Source: Methanocella sp. (lineage in GTDB: Archaea; Thermoproteota; Bathyarchaeia; Bathyarchaeales; Bathycorpusculaceae). Taken from it: a stretch of DNA of 54,137 nucleotides. Position 1 is the stretch's first letter, and each line of letters opens with the position of its first letter. The position numbers and the translations under genes were made by a program. Of this stretch, positions 18,012-26,984 are shown piece by piece. The stretch is from positions 1-54,137 of the forward strand of contig JBLNCY010000052.1 in the NCBI GenBank assembly GCA_050261115.1, given 5' to 3'. The notes beneath the pieces were generated by a model. It did no database searches. It was not told the origin of the DNA and saw only the letters and a list, made by a program, of their open reading frames with translations.

Positions 18012-18989
18012 CTAAGGTTTCTTGTTATCCTTTTTTGCTAGGCGACTTATCAGGGCGCTTGTCATTACGGGCAGAACCATCGTCGCGTCGCCTTCGATCA
18101 TTATGCGTTTGGCTTTCTCATTGATTTTACCCCATGATACTGCTTCTCTGGGTCGGGCGCCGCTTAAGCTGCCATCCCATTCATCCGCCGTGGTTATGTA
18201 GATGACGTAGTCGAGGCCGTCTTTGAATTGGTTCCACCAAATCGTGTGGTGCTTAGATATGCCTCCGCCGACAATTAACGCACCGCTTTTTTTGGCGTCG
18301 AAAACAAGGTTGTTTAGGTATTCTTCGTCTTTTAGAATGTTTAGGCGAAAGTCTTTGTGATCTTGGCTAAAGTACCAGAGCTGGTATCCTACTGAGCCAT
18401 CAGTTGGGCCGGGTACGATGATGGGGATGTCGTTTTTGGCTGCCCAGTATGCGATGCTAGTTTCGTCACAGCAGCGTAAACCGATTTCACGGTTTAACTC
18501 CATTGTTGAGAACTCTTTTTTACCGTTTCTGTAGAGTTCCTCAAGCATCGGCAGGATTTTCTTCTCGATGACTACGCCATAACTGTCGTTTGGAACCAAG
18601 ACGTTTCCGAGGCGGTTAACTCCTTCATGGTACAGCTTACTATCGCTCATGATAAAGCTGCCCTTATAGTAGTCTCGGCTGCATCTTGCAACATCATGGT
18701 CAAGGGTGCCGCATGTGGTAATTATGACGTCAACTAGTTTGCGTTTGACTAGTTCACGGATGACGCCTCGGGTGCCTGTGGCGATGATGTCAGCTGTGAA
18801 ACTGAGGAATTTGACGCATTTTTTATCCTTAATCATGGCTTCCATGATGTTAACGCCTGTGGCAAGCTTGCCAGCTGTGAAACCCCACGCTAGCTCCATT
18901 TGCCTAACCAGCTCGTCAACCGTCATGTTTTCTGTGAATTCATAGTCCTTTACTGGGATTTTATGTGATTGATGTGGCGCTTTAGGCAT
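18012..18989 (-). CDS. dys: Deoxyhypusine synthase (canonical archaeal type)
   Basis: GVNRLGNV, TDGSVG, GGGISKHH, DGSLSGARPREAVSWGK. Confidence 0.92.
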   Translation of the reverse strand: MPKAPHQSHKIPVKDYEFTENMTVDELVRQMELAWGFTAGKLATGVNIMEAMIKDKKCVKFLSFTADIIATGTRGVIRELVKRKLVDVIITTCGTLDHDVARCSRDYYKGSFIMSDSKLYHEGVNRLGNVLVPNDSYGVVIEKKILPMLEELYRNGKKEFSTMELNREIGLRCCDETSIAYWAAKNDIPIIVPGPTDGSVGYQLWYFSQDHKDFRLNILKDEEYLNNLVFDAKKSGALIVGGGISKHHTIWWNQFKDGLDYVIYITTADEWDGSLSGARPREAVSWGKINEKAKRIMIEGDATMVLPVMTSALISRLAKKDNKKP

Positions 18990-19059
18990 AAACTTAGACT
19001 CCGTACTGCAAAGGTAAAACATGAATCAAGATAAATAGGTGTCGAAAAAGGAGGGGGCA

Positions 19060-19938
19060 CTAATTTGCGAGGTAGGTGATTATGCGTTTGTATATGTCGG
19101 GGTCCATTTGGTCTTCGTAGCCTGCGTAGATGCTGGGGTTATCGTTAACTTCGACGACGACATATTCGCCGTTGACCTCTTTAATGTCCACACCATACAG
19201 ACCCTTGCCGACGACACTGCACGCTTTCAAAGCAACCTCACGCAGCTTCGGGGGCATATCCGTTTTGTGGATGGATTCGGTTTTGCCCCAAATCACCGTA
19301 GGTTTCCCACGGAGTTTAGCGCCATGCTTCCATTTACCCTTCGGAATCAGGTACTTGCAGACGTAGAGGATTTCGTTGCCCAAGACTCCGACACGCCAGT
19401 CAAATCCTGTCGGAGTGAACTTTTGAATCGCTAAGACAGCGGATTTTTTGAAGAAGCGTTTGGAGATTTCGCGGAAGCTGGTTTCACAGGCGGCTTTTTC
19501 GACATAGCGGCTAAAGCTCGTGTAGGGTGCTTTGATGACGACTGGTTTTCCGAGGGTTTGGAAGATGTCGTTGATTTTTTTGTGGTGCAAGTCATCTTTG
19601 CTCAGGAATACTGTTGGGATGCGGGGAACATTGTATTTCTCGAACAGGGCGTATTGATGGATTTTGTTGGCGCAGATCTTGATGGATTGGGGATCATCGA
19701 TTACTCGTAGGCCATACTCGTAGGCGGTTTTAGAGACTATGTATGCGGTGAATAGCGGATCAGTGGTTGCCCGAATGAAGACAGCATCATAGTTGGGGAT
19801 GTCGGCAATGTTCTCGCGGAATAAGAAGCTAAACTTGTTCCCCGAGTCCTCTGCGGCTTTCCTAAAGTTCTGCAGAGCGCCTTCCTCGCGAGGGTCAGTA
19901 AAATTATATTTTTCAACAAAACATGCGATTTTAGACAC
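19060..19938 (-). CDS. RimK-family ATP-grasp (alpha-L-glutamate ligase-like)
   Basis: DAVFIR, PVVIKAP..SFS, FDWRVGVL, GLYGVDIKE...EVNDNPS. Confidence 0.88.
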   Translation of the reverse strand: MSKIACFVEKYNFTDPREEGALQNFRKAAEDSGNKFSFLFRENIADIPNYDAVFIRATTDPLFTAYIVSKTAYEYGLRVIDDPQSIKICANKIHQYALFEKYNVPRIPTVFLSKDDLHHKKINDIFQTLGKPVVIKAPYTSFSRYVEKAACETSFREISKRFFKKSAVLAIQKFTPTGFDWRVGVLGNEILYVCKYLIPKGKWKHGAKLRGKPTVIWGKTESIHKTDMPPKLREVALKACSVVGKGLYGVDIKEVNGEYVVVEVNDNPSIYAGYEDQMDPDIYKRIITYLAN

Positions 19939-20623
19939 TTAAGTGATCTTCCTGCTGAGAAATCAGCAAAATCTCTCTCGAGATTACGTCTTTATCAGCG
20001 TTTGACAGTTCGGTTTCCTTCAAGGGTTCAAGGCCACACAGGAATGCATTATCCTCGGCTTTCTGAATATGGAGCTTACAGAGGGGAATCTTGAAGAGTT
20101 CATAAACCCTCTGCGATAGGCTGCTTATTTGGCTATCAGCGTCTGCTTTGCCAAAGACAGATTTCACGGTGTGGATTTCGCCTTTGAGGGGCTGGGCGCA
20201 TACCGCAAACTTATAGTTCATGCCAAGGCTCTTCAACGCCCGATACAGTGCACTCTTGTTTTTAGCGATCTGGTAGCCCTCGTAGATAAAGGGGTTAACA
20301 GCAAACACCACCGCGGGGAACCCTACTTCTTCAACAATTTTTTTCACGTTATCGGTGACGACGAAGGGTATGGTGGGGATTTTTGCTCGCTTAGCGCGTA
20401 GCAGCAGAATCGGGATTCGGCTAGAGTCAATAATGTTCTCCGAGGTGGGTATGACGTTACTCCCGAGGACTTCAGCATGCAAAGAAACGTAGTAGCCTGT
20501 TTTTAGGTAGCGGTAATCGTTGGTTAGGTTGAGGGTGAAGTCTTTTTTAGAAGATTCGAGGAACGCTGAGGGAGTCAGCGCATGTAAACTATCAGATAGG
20601 CCGATGCTTGAGACAACCAGCAC
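19931..20623 (-). CDS. RLAN-domain protein (RimK-like ATP-grasp N-terminal) with degenerate grasp region
   Basis: LNLTNDYRYLKTGYYVSLHAE matches the RLAN pattern; overlaps the RimK start. Confidence 0.8.
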   Translation of the reverse strand: MLVVSSIGLSDSLHALTPSAFLESSKKDFTLNLTNDYRYLKTGYYVSLHAEVLGSNVIPTSENIIDSSRIPILLLRAKRAKIPTIPFVVTDNVKKIVEEVGFPAVVFAVNPFIYEGYQIAKNKSALYRALKSLGMNYKFAVCAQPLKGEIHTVKSVFGKADADSQISSLSQRVYELFKIPLCKLHIQKAEDNAFLCGLEPLKETELSNADKDVISREILLISQQEDHLSV

Positions 20624-20872
20624 CCATAGGACACCAGAGTAATGAGAAGGCTCACTGAGAGGGGGTATTTAAAATTAGCGATAAAACAAGCTGCAACCGA
20701 TATCAACATTCACCGAAAAAAGCCCCAATAGAGCATAAAACGGAATTTAGGGATGATATCGGGGCCCTTTATTTCCAGCAGCATACGCTATGAATTATAA
20801 CGCGCCTTCCAGTCAGCTATGTTTAAAAATTCAAGCCCCACTAGCTGTATCCAGCATAGTACAGAAGTGAAT

Positions 20873-22060
20873 TTGACGTATAAGCCGCTTGAAGTCCTAG
20901 GACCGGAACATGAGTACGCACTTGTAGACAGGGATTTATCGCCGTTGCCGATAAGTGACAAAGTCATCAAAGGCTACTGCGGCAAAATGGTTAACTTTAT
21001 CGAGTTCCCCGGGTTTAGCTTCGGCAAAGAGATGCAGCTGCACGTCATGGAAATTAAGGCTAACACGCCGTTTAAGTCGCCATGCGAATTTGAGGAGACC
21101 ATGCAGGATGCCGTTTCCACTCTCAACGGCATCGTGGAGCGGTATGGTGCGTGTCTGCTGGGTACTGGCATGCATCCCCTGCTAAAACTCGCCGACACCT
21201 CCGTCTGGCCACATCACCATCGTCGCATCTATCAGGCATACGGCAAAATATTCGATTTACAGCGGCATGGTTGGCTAAATATACAGAGCTTCCATCTAAA
21301 CCTACCCTACCAAACAAGCAAATACGCCGCCCAAATCCACAACCAACTCGCCAACCTCTGTACCTACCTGCCGGCAATAGCGGCTTCTTCGCCCATCTTT
21401 GAAGGAAAAGAAGGCTCAGACGTAGATAATCGCCTGCGGTTCTATAAGGAGAATCAGCGTGAGGTGCCCTCGGTTGCCGGTGAAGTTATCCCCGACTACA
21501 TTGGTTCGCTTGCGGATTATAGTCGGGATGTGATTGGGCACTACTCCGCTGATCTGGCGGCGGCGGGCGCAGATAAAGTGTTGCTAGGTAGGGAGTGGGT
21601 TAACTCTAGAGGCGTGATTGTCCGCTTTGATCGTCGTGCGTTGGAGGTGCGGGTTATGGATGAGCAGGAATGCGTCAAGGCCGATGTTTCTTTAGCATGT
21701 TTTGTTCGCGCTGCGCTTCGGGGCTTGCTGGCTTCAGATGCAGCGTTGGCGTCGCATGAGGTTCTAGTTAAGGATTTTAATGCGGTTATTAGGGATGGGT
21801 TAGACGCGCAGGTCCTAAGTCCGCATGGGGCAACCGCCCGTGAAGTCTGCAGGCATTACCTCAAACTTGCGTACGAAAACGCAGATGTCGAGGAGAAAAA
21901 GTATCTGCCCCTGGTGTCCCATCGAGTGGAGGAAGGCAGCCTGTCTGAGTTGATCAAAACACGGGTGCAAAAGCGTGCGGAGAAGACAGTTTTCCATGAA
22001 GCAGTACGCGATGTCTATTCAACCCTTATTAAGTGCCTCTGCCTCAATGAACCGTTCTAA
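20873..22060 (+). CDS. Glutamate-cysteine ligase family 2 (GCS2) carboxylate-amine ligase
   Basis: GPEHEYALVD, KEMQLHVMEIK, GTGMHP, QSFHLNL, AASSP, RFDRRALEVRVMD. Confidence 0.88.
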   Translation: MTYKPLEVLGPEHEYALVDRDLSPLPISDKVIKGYCGKMVNFIEFPGFSFGKEMQLHVMEIKANTPFKSPCEFEETMQDAVSTLNGIVERYGACLLGTGMHPLLKLADTSVWPHHHRRIYQAYGKIFDLQRHGWLNIQSFHLNLPYQTSKYAAQIHNQLANLCTYLPAIAASSPIFEGKEGSDVDNRLRFYKENQREVPSVAGEVIPDYIGSLADYSRDVIGHYSADLAAAGADKVLLGREWVNSRGVIVRFDRRALEVRVMDEQECVKADVSLACFVRAALRGLLASDAALASHEVLVKDFNAVIRDGLDAQVLSPHGATAREVCRHYLKLAYENADVEEKKYLPLVSHRVEEGSLSELIKTRVQKRAEKTVFHEAVRDVYSTLIKCLCLNEPF

Positions 22061-22069
22061 GGTACCGTA

Positions 22070-22618
22070 ATGTCCGAAGATAACAACCATGGAAAAACCT
22101 ACTCCTATGACGTCTGCAGCCAGTGTAAAATAATCTGCTGCCAAGACGCCAAACCACCGCTAAGTAGCAACCGAAAACAAATCATAACCAGCCACCTAAA
22201 AGAGCACCAGCTAGAAGCGGAGAACCCCCTTACCGAAGGAGACGGTTACAGTTTCCCATCACTAGACAAAGAAGGCATCTGCGTCTTTAACGATCGCCAA
22301 ACCAAACGCTGTATGGTACACCCAGTTAAGCCTGAGACCTGCGTTGCGGGCCCCATAACGTTTGACATCAACTTCCGCACGGGTATGGTGGAGTTCTACC
22401 TCAAAAAGAGGAACATCTGCGAATACGCGGGCATACTCTTTGAGGATAAACCAGCCTTAAAACAGCACTTCTTAGTCGCCAGAGAAAAAATCATAGAATT
22501 AATCAAGCAGTTAAGCGCAGACGAGCTCCGAGCAATATGCAAAATTGAGGAGCCAGACACCTTCAAGTACTGCCAAGAGCCCCTGCCGCCTGAAGTAGCC
22601 CAAAAGCTGGACCTATAA
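22070..22618 (+). CDS. YkgJ-family Cys-cluster (Fe-S/Zn) protein
   Basis: CxxCxxxCC...CVF.....CMVHPVKPETC..GP; 9 nt downstream of GCS2. Confidence 0.85.
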   Translation: MSEDNNHGKTYSYDVCSQCKIICCQDAKPPLSSNRKQIITSHLKEHQLEAENPLTEGDGYSFPSLDKEGICVFNDRQTKRCMVHPVKPETCVAGPITFDINFRTGMVEFYLKKRNICEYAGILFEDKPALKQHFLVAREKIIELIKQLSADELRAICKIEEPDTFKYCQEPLPPEVAQKLDL

Positions 22619-22942
22619 AAATCCGGCGTCTTTGAGCTTTAGGGCGACTGCGATGTTGCCTTTGAACTGGATTTTCCCAGTAAAGAAGGCGTTTTCTGCA
22701 CTCAACTTTTCATTAACCATGTCTAGGAAGTCGTTGTAATTCATCTTTAGCGTCAAAGATGCCGCGGGATCGGTTCCTTCTTTAACGGTTAATTTCTTGT
22801 CTTTTATGGTTACTGCCCAGTCGCCGCCTTGGGGACCAGCGACGTGGATTTGTGCGGTTACGTCTATGCCTTCCGCTTTTTCGGGCTTAAATCGTGCGGG
22901 TAGGATGGTGTTGAAGAATTCTTGGGGGGTTTGTGCTTGCAT
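22613..22942 (-). CDS. SCP2 sterol/lipid-binding domain protein
   Basis: GGDWAVTI...AFFTGKIQFKGNIAVALKL pattern. Confidence 0.85.
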   Translation of the reverse strand: MQAQTPQEFFNTILPARFKPEKAEGIDVTAQIHVAGPQGGDWAVTIKDKKLTVKEGTDPAASLTLKMNYNDFLDMVNEKLSAENAFFTGKIQFKGNIAVALKLKDAGFL

Positions 22943-22991
22943 CCTTTTTCCAACTCTATGATAGAACCTTACTTGTTTGGGGCTTTTGAAC

Positions 22992-23741
22992 TTACCTAAA
23001 GAGGTCTTTTTCTTTGAGGCGAATCAGCTGGGTAGTTTGGGTTTCGTCTGCAGTGTAATTGTAGCCTCGCACGATAGCTGCAGGAACACCTTCATCGGCT
23101 TGTCCCATAACCAACTCAGCGGCAGAAGCTAATTCGTCGGCTATGGCGGTTTGTTTGATTCGAAGGGTGTAACCAAACAAGTCCTTCTCGCCCCTCCGGT
23201 CCCTTATAGGCTTGAAACCAGCATAGCCAATAGCTATGTTGATTTCACCGTTCCGAAAAGGTCGACCATGAGTGTCAGATACAATGACTGCAACTTCCAA
23301 GACGTCCGCGTTGCGCATGATTTCTTGGCGGATAAATGCAGCTGAACCGTTGGGATCTTTTGGTAGGGGCACTACATTGCGTTCGCCGGCGACGTTTGAG
23401 CGGTCTACACCTGCGTTGGCGCTGACACAACCATTACGACTCTCGGTTATAATGCTGTTCTGCCCGACTCGGACGATTTCTCTGGTCTCCTGCAAGATAA
23501 CTTCGACTAGCGCGGGGTCTTTGTTGGTTTGTTTGGCTAACTCGATGGCACGTTGAGAGGGCTTGACCTCGTCGAGGTTAATGATGTTTCCCTCAGCCTT
23601 TGACACCACCACATGGGTGACTACGATCACGTCGTGTAGCTGGATGGGTGTGCCCTGTTTTTTTGCAGCGTCTGTGATCATTTTACCCAGGTTATCGCCG
23701 GGTTGTATGAGCGGCAATCCAGTTATGGGAAGGATCTGCAC
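22992..23741 (-). CDS. cofE: Coenzyme F420-0:L-glutamate ligase
   Basis: GLPLIQPGD, VVSKAEG, ANAGVDRSN, SDTHGRPFR, DLFG, ADELASAA; exact start uncertain. Confidence 0.93.
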   Translation of the reverse strand: MQILPITGLPLIQPGDNLGKMITDAAKKQGTPIQLHDVIVVTHVVVSKAEGNIINLDEVKPSQRAIELAKQTNKDPALVEVILQETREIVRVGQNSIITESRNGCVSANAGVDRSNVAGERNVVPLPKDPNGSAAFIRQEIMRNADVLEVAVIVSDTHGRPFRNGEINIAIGYAGFKPIRDRRGEKDLFGYTLRIKQTAIADELASAAELVMGQADEGVPAAIVRGYNYTADETQTTQLIRLKEKDLFR

Positions 23742-23882
23742 GGTGTTCGTAGTTAGCTCTCCTAAACATCCCTGACTGCACAGGCACTTAAGTTTTATTC
23801 TTAGTGCTGCGTGGCGTCGACTGATATGCCAAGCTTTTAATAACATTGCCAGCGAGTATTTGCATTATCCGAAGGTAAATGC

Positions 23883-24440
23883 TTGCAGTCATTAAACGGA
23901 ATTTTACCCAAAGGATACCTAAAACCGCTAGCCGCGTTGGTGCTGGTGGTTTGTGTGTTCGTGGGTCTCTTTTTTGGGTTACAATTAACCATTCGAGTCG
24001 TGCAGAGCGGTAGCATGTGCATCTCTTATGGAAGAGATTGTGACGGCCTGTTGTCGCTTAACCACACGTTCAGCGGCACCCTCCATAAAGGCGACCTTAT
24101 CATTGTACAGCACGTTGACGCCCATACCCTAAGTACAAACTACCCCAATAGCGACATAATAGTCTACAAAAAACCAAGTAATCTCTCGGACACGCCTATC
24201 GTGCACCGCATCGTTACAAGCTACCAGAAGAACGACCTTCTGTATTTTGAGACGAAGGGCGATGGCAATGACGATAAATGGCCGCAAGTACCTCCTGAGA
24301 GCCAGTATGATTCTAGGCACTTCTGGAGTACAGGGGAGGGGGTTCCTGAGGATTTAGTGGAGGGTAAAGTGGTTCTACGTGTGCCTTATTTGGGGTGGAT
24401 TACGCTTATCTTGAAGGGTATTTTCGGTGATTACCCTTAG
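23883..24440 (+). CDS. Archaeal signal peptidase I (Sec11-like); frame continues past TAG to 24533
   Basis: TM, VVQSGSM (catalytic Ser), GD, IVHRIV (His), TKGD.N, GKV...PYLGW. Confidence 0.85.
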   Translation: MQSLNGILPKGYLKPLAALVLVVCVFVGLFFGLQLTIRVVQSGSMCISYGRDCDGLLSLNHTFSGTLHKGDLIIVQHVDAHTLSTNYPNSDIIVYKKPSNLSDTPIVHRIVTSYQKNDLLYFETKGDGNDDKWPQVPPESQYDSRHFWSTGEGVPEDLVEGKVVLRVPYLGWITLILKGIFGDYP

Positions 24441-24573
24441 GTTTTGCCGTTACTGTTTTGTGTTATAATTCTGTTGATAGTTGCCCAATTTGTGATGCCA
24501 GTTCTTAAACGTAAGGATAAATCAGCTACCTAGAGGGTTTAGCTGAAAAGTTTGGGTGTTTAAAAGATTGGGG

Positions 24574-24589
24574 GAGACCCGAAGGTCTC
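24574..24589 (-). terminator. GAGACC-TTCG-GGTCTC hairpin (cUUCGg tetraloop) after the MetF-like gene
   Basis: Perfect 6-bp stem 9 nt past the stop, followed on the minus strand by CCCCAATCTTTT. Confidence 0.6.
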
Positions 24590-24598
24590 GATTGGGGC

Positions 24599-25327
24599 TT
24601 ATTGTGTACGGAACTTTTGGAGTTTCTGCAGCATTATTTTGTCGCCTTCGGCGTCGCCTGCGCATGTTGCGATGATGCCGTCAACTAGGCCGACAAGTCT
24701 TGCTGCTTTCTCTTCAACAGTATCCATGGTGGCTGTTACTGGCCAACCGATGACTTTCACGATTTCCTTGTTCTTCTCTGTTCCGACAAGGAAGTATGCG
24801 AAGAGTGGCTTGCCCATCTTTTTGCATTCAGCCGAAACTGCTTTGAGTTGCTCGAATGAGTCATCGTTTAGTCTCATGAAGTAAACGAAGTCCCATGGTT
24901 CCTTGGCACGTTTAATTGCATCTTCAACTGAGGACCTTGCACTGAGTAAGCAGCCGAGTTTTAGGTTCTTAGTCTTTACATCATTGCGTATGAAGTCACG
25001 TGCAGCTTCGGATGATGGAAGCATCTTGATTGGTTCGCCATAGTGTGGCTTGTCACCCATGGTCACTGCTAAGCCGTCTAAGCCAACGATGTCGGATGCA
25101 AGTGCCAAGCCTCCGACTTCAACTGGGCCTTTGTAGTGTAATATGAAGATTGGGCAGACATATTTGTCTGGGTACTTGTTTTTCAGCAGGCAGCTAACAA
25201 CGACGCCGCTTGGCGCTGGGAAACCGGCAGCGCTGTCAGTTACGTTCCATCCATCAACTAGGTCTTTTAGTTCTTCTGCAAGCTTGAAGAATTTACGTGT
25301 TGGTACAAACTCGTTTAGGATTTTCAT
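24599..25327 (-). CDS. Divergent methylenetetrahydrofolate reductase (MetF)-like flavoprotein
   Basis: N-terminal EFVP, DGWNVTDS, AVTMGDKP resemble MTHFR barrel motifs; the usual H-x-T-C-R-D is replaced by IFILHYK. Confidence 0.55.
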   Translation of the reverse strand: MKILNEFVPTRKFFKLAEELKDLVDGWNVTDSAAGFPAPSGVVVSCLLKNKYPDKYVCPIFILHYKGPVEVGGLALASDIVGLDGLAVTMGDKPHYGEPIKMLPSSEAARDFIRNDVKTKNLKLGCLLSARSSVEDAIKRAKEPWDFVYFMRLNDDSFEQLKAVSAECKKMGKPLFAYFLVGTEKNKEIVKVIGWPVTATMDTVEEKAARLVGLVDGIIATCAGDAEGDKIMLQKLQKFRTQ

Positions 25328-25445
25328 GGAGGTTCCATCTCAGCTAAAGAGGGGAGCCTTTTGGGTTAAAAAATCTTTTGCATGTAAGAGGTTTTTCCAG
25401 TCGATAGGATACATGCCAACTCATCAACTGCTACAAGCAGGCCGA

Positions 25446-26300
25446 TTAAGGTTTTTCTGTTGCGTTAAAGCTCTTTTGAGCGCCCTCTTTCTTAAATTTG
25501 ACTAATTTCTCGATTTCCCGCCTATTAACCCCATCTCTTGTAAACGTGGCGCCACAAAGTAGACGCTCTCCAGCAGGTGAACGCACTATAACTGTCGAGT
25601 ACCCCTCGGACGCTCCGACAGAACCCACCGACACATCAGCCAAAGCAGCAACAAAATCTTCACAAAACCGACATGCATCCTCGGATGCGTCGGATAAGTC
25701 TTTTACACTGCAACTTACCGCTTTGCCTTTGACGGTTACTGTGAATTTGCCCTGGCGAACCTGCATTCTTTCTGCGCAAGTTAGGTCAACCCCTAGCCGT
25801 TTCTGTATTTCCTCTTTAAGCTTAACAGGGTTGAAAGCCTCAAAACAGAACAAACCAATAACAGTAATCTGACAGTCCTTGCCGACGGTTTGCTGGATGA
25901 TTCTGGCCGCTTTGGTTTCACAGGGAGTACAGACAATGGCAATCCGCTGCTTTCCTTGATTGATGAGTTCACGGAGCTTTTTTGTTACGTTGACCTTAAG
26001 GTAGCTTGTGCCCTTAGCCGACGCCAGAACATCCTCAGCGCTTAGGGCAACCACTGCCTCAGCCATATAACCCTGTGTCCGCCTAACAACGACCGCTGCG
26101 TCAAACAAGCCCTCCCTAAAACCCTTAACCAGAAGCGAAGTAACTACGCCGCCATCTTGCCCCGCAACCTCACCTTTTGCCGAGAACAAGTCACAGAAAA
26201 CGCCCAAGGCCGCGTCTTTTTGCCCTGAGAGAAAACGTTGCTCTAACTTCTCTTGCTCTTGTGCCCTGAATGCTTGAACTTTTTCGGCGTGATTCACCAT
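25446..26300 (-). CDS. FrhB/FdhB-family F420-binding subunit
   Basis: GQDGGVVTSLL, VCTPCE, IGLFCFEAF, CRFCEDF..LADVSVGSVG. Confidence 0.9.
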   Translation of the reverse strand: MVNHAEKVQAFRAQEQEKLEQRFLSGQKDAALGVFCDLFSAKGEVAGQDGGVVTSLLVKGFREGLFDAAVVVRRTQGYMAEAVVALSAEDVLASAKGTSYLKVNVTKKLRELINQGKQRIAIVCTPCETKAARIIQQTVGKDCQITVIGLFCFEAFNPVKLKEEIQKRLGVDLTCAERMQVRQGKFTVTVKGKAVSCSVKDLSDASEDACRFCEDFVAALADVSVGSVGASEGYSTVIVRSPAGERLLCGATFTRDGVNRREIEKLVKFKKEGAQKSFNATEKP

Positions 26301-26395
26301 TTTAGAACTATCCGCTCTAATAACAGCATAGCAAACCTTGAACAAATAAAGCTTTAAACAAACACTCACAGTTTGCTAACCAGTAAGGTGCCCAT

Positions 26396-26884
26396 ATGGA
26401 AAAGGACAGTGCCGCACAACGCCAAATTAAATACAGACATGGCGACCAAGCCATACTGGACGAGATTAAAGACCTGTGGGAAGCACTCAACCTCTACCAT
26501 TGCGAACGTTCAGCTAATTTTAAGCATCACTATAGGGGGATGACTTTTGAGAAACGTAAAGCCGCCCTGCTGAGGAAAGCGGAGGGTGGAGAGATGCGTG
26601 TGGACATTGCTCTTGACGAAGGTACCGGAAAAAGCGTAGGTTACGTTGTTAGTACTGTGAACTGTGATAATGTGGGGGAAATCCAATCGGTTTATGTTGA
26701 TGCAGCTTGCCGCCGTTTGGGAATCGGCACGGTTCTGATGCGTCACACCTTGGAGTGGATGGATGAGAAGGCTGCGTCAGAAAAGGTCGTGGAGGTATCG
26801 GTTGGTAATGAGGCTGTGTGGGCGTTTTATGGGCGCTTTGGATTTAAGCCCCGGCTAACGTTACTTAAGCAAATAAAAGAATAG
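26396..26884 (+). CDS. GNAT-family N-acetyltransferase
   Basis: SVYVD..CRRLGIGTVLM, GNE....FY..FGF. Confidence 0.9.
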   Translation: MEKDSAAQRQIKYRHGDQAILDEIKDLWEALNLYHCERSANFKHHYRGMTFEKRKAALLRKAEGGEMRVDIALDEGTGKSVGYVVSTVNCDNVGEIQSVYVDAACRRLGIGTVLMRHTLEWMDEKAASEKVVEVSVGNEAVWAFYGRFGFKPRLTLLKQIKE

Positions 26885-26984
26885 CCTGCTTAAGCGAGTA
26901 TAAAAAAGCAGACTATCCCCCTTCAAGCCCGAGTTAAACCTGTGTTTGACTCGTATATAAGGGAGGGGATAGATGAAGGGAAAG

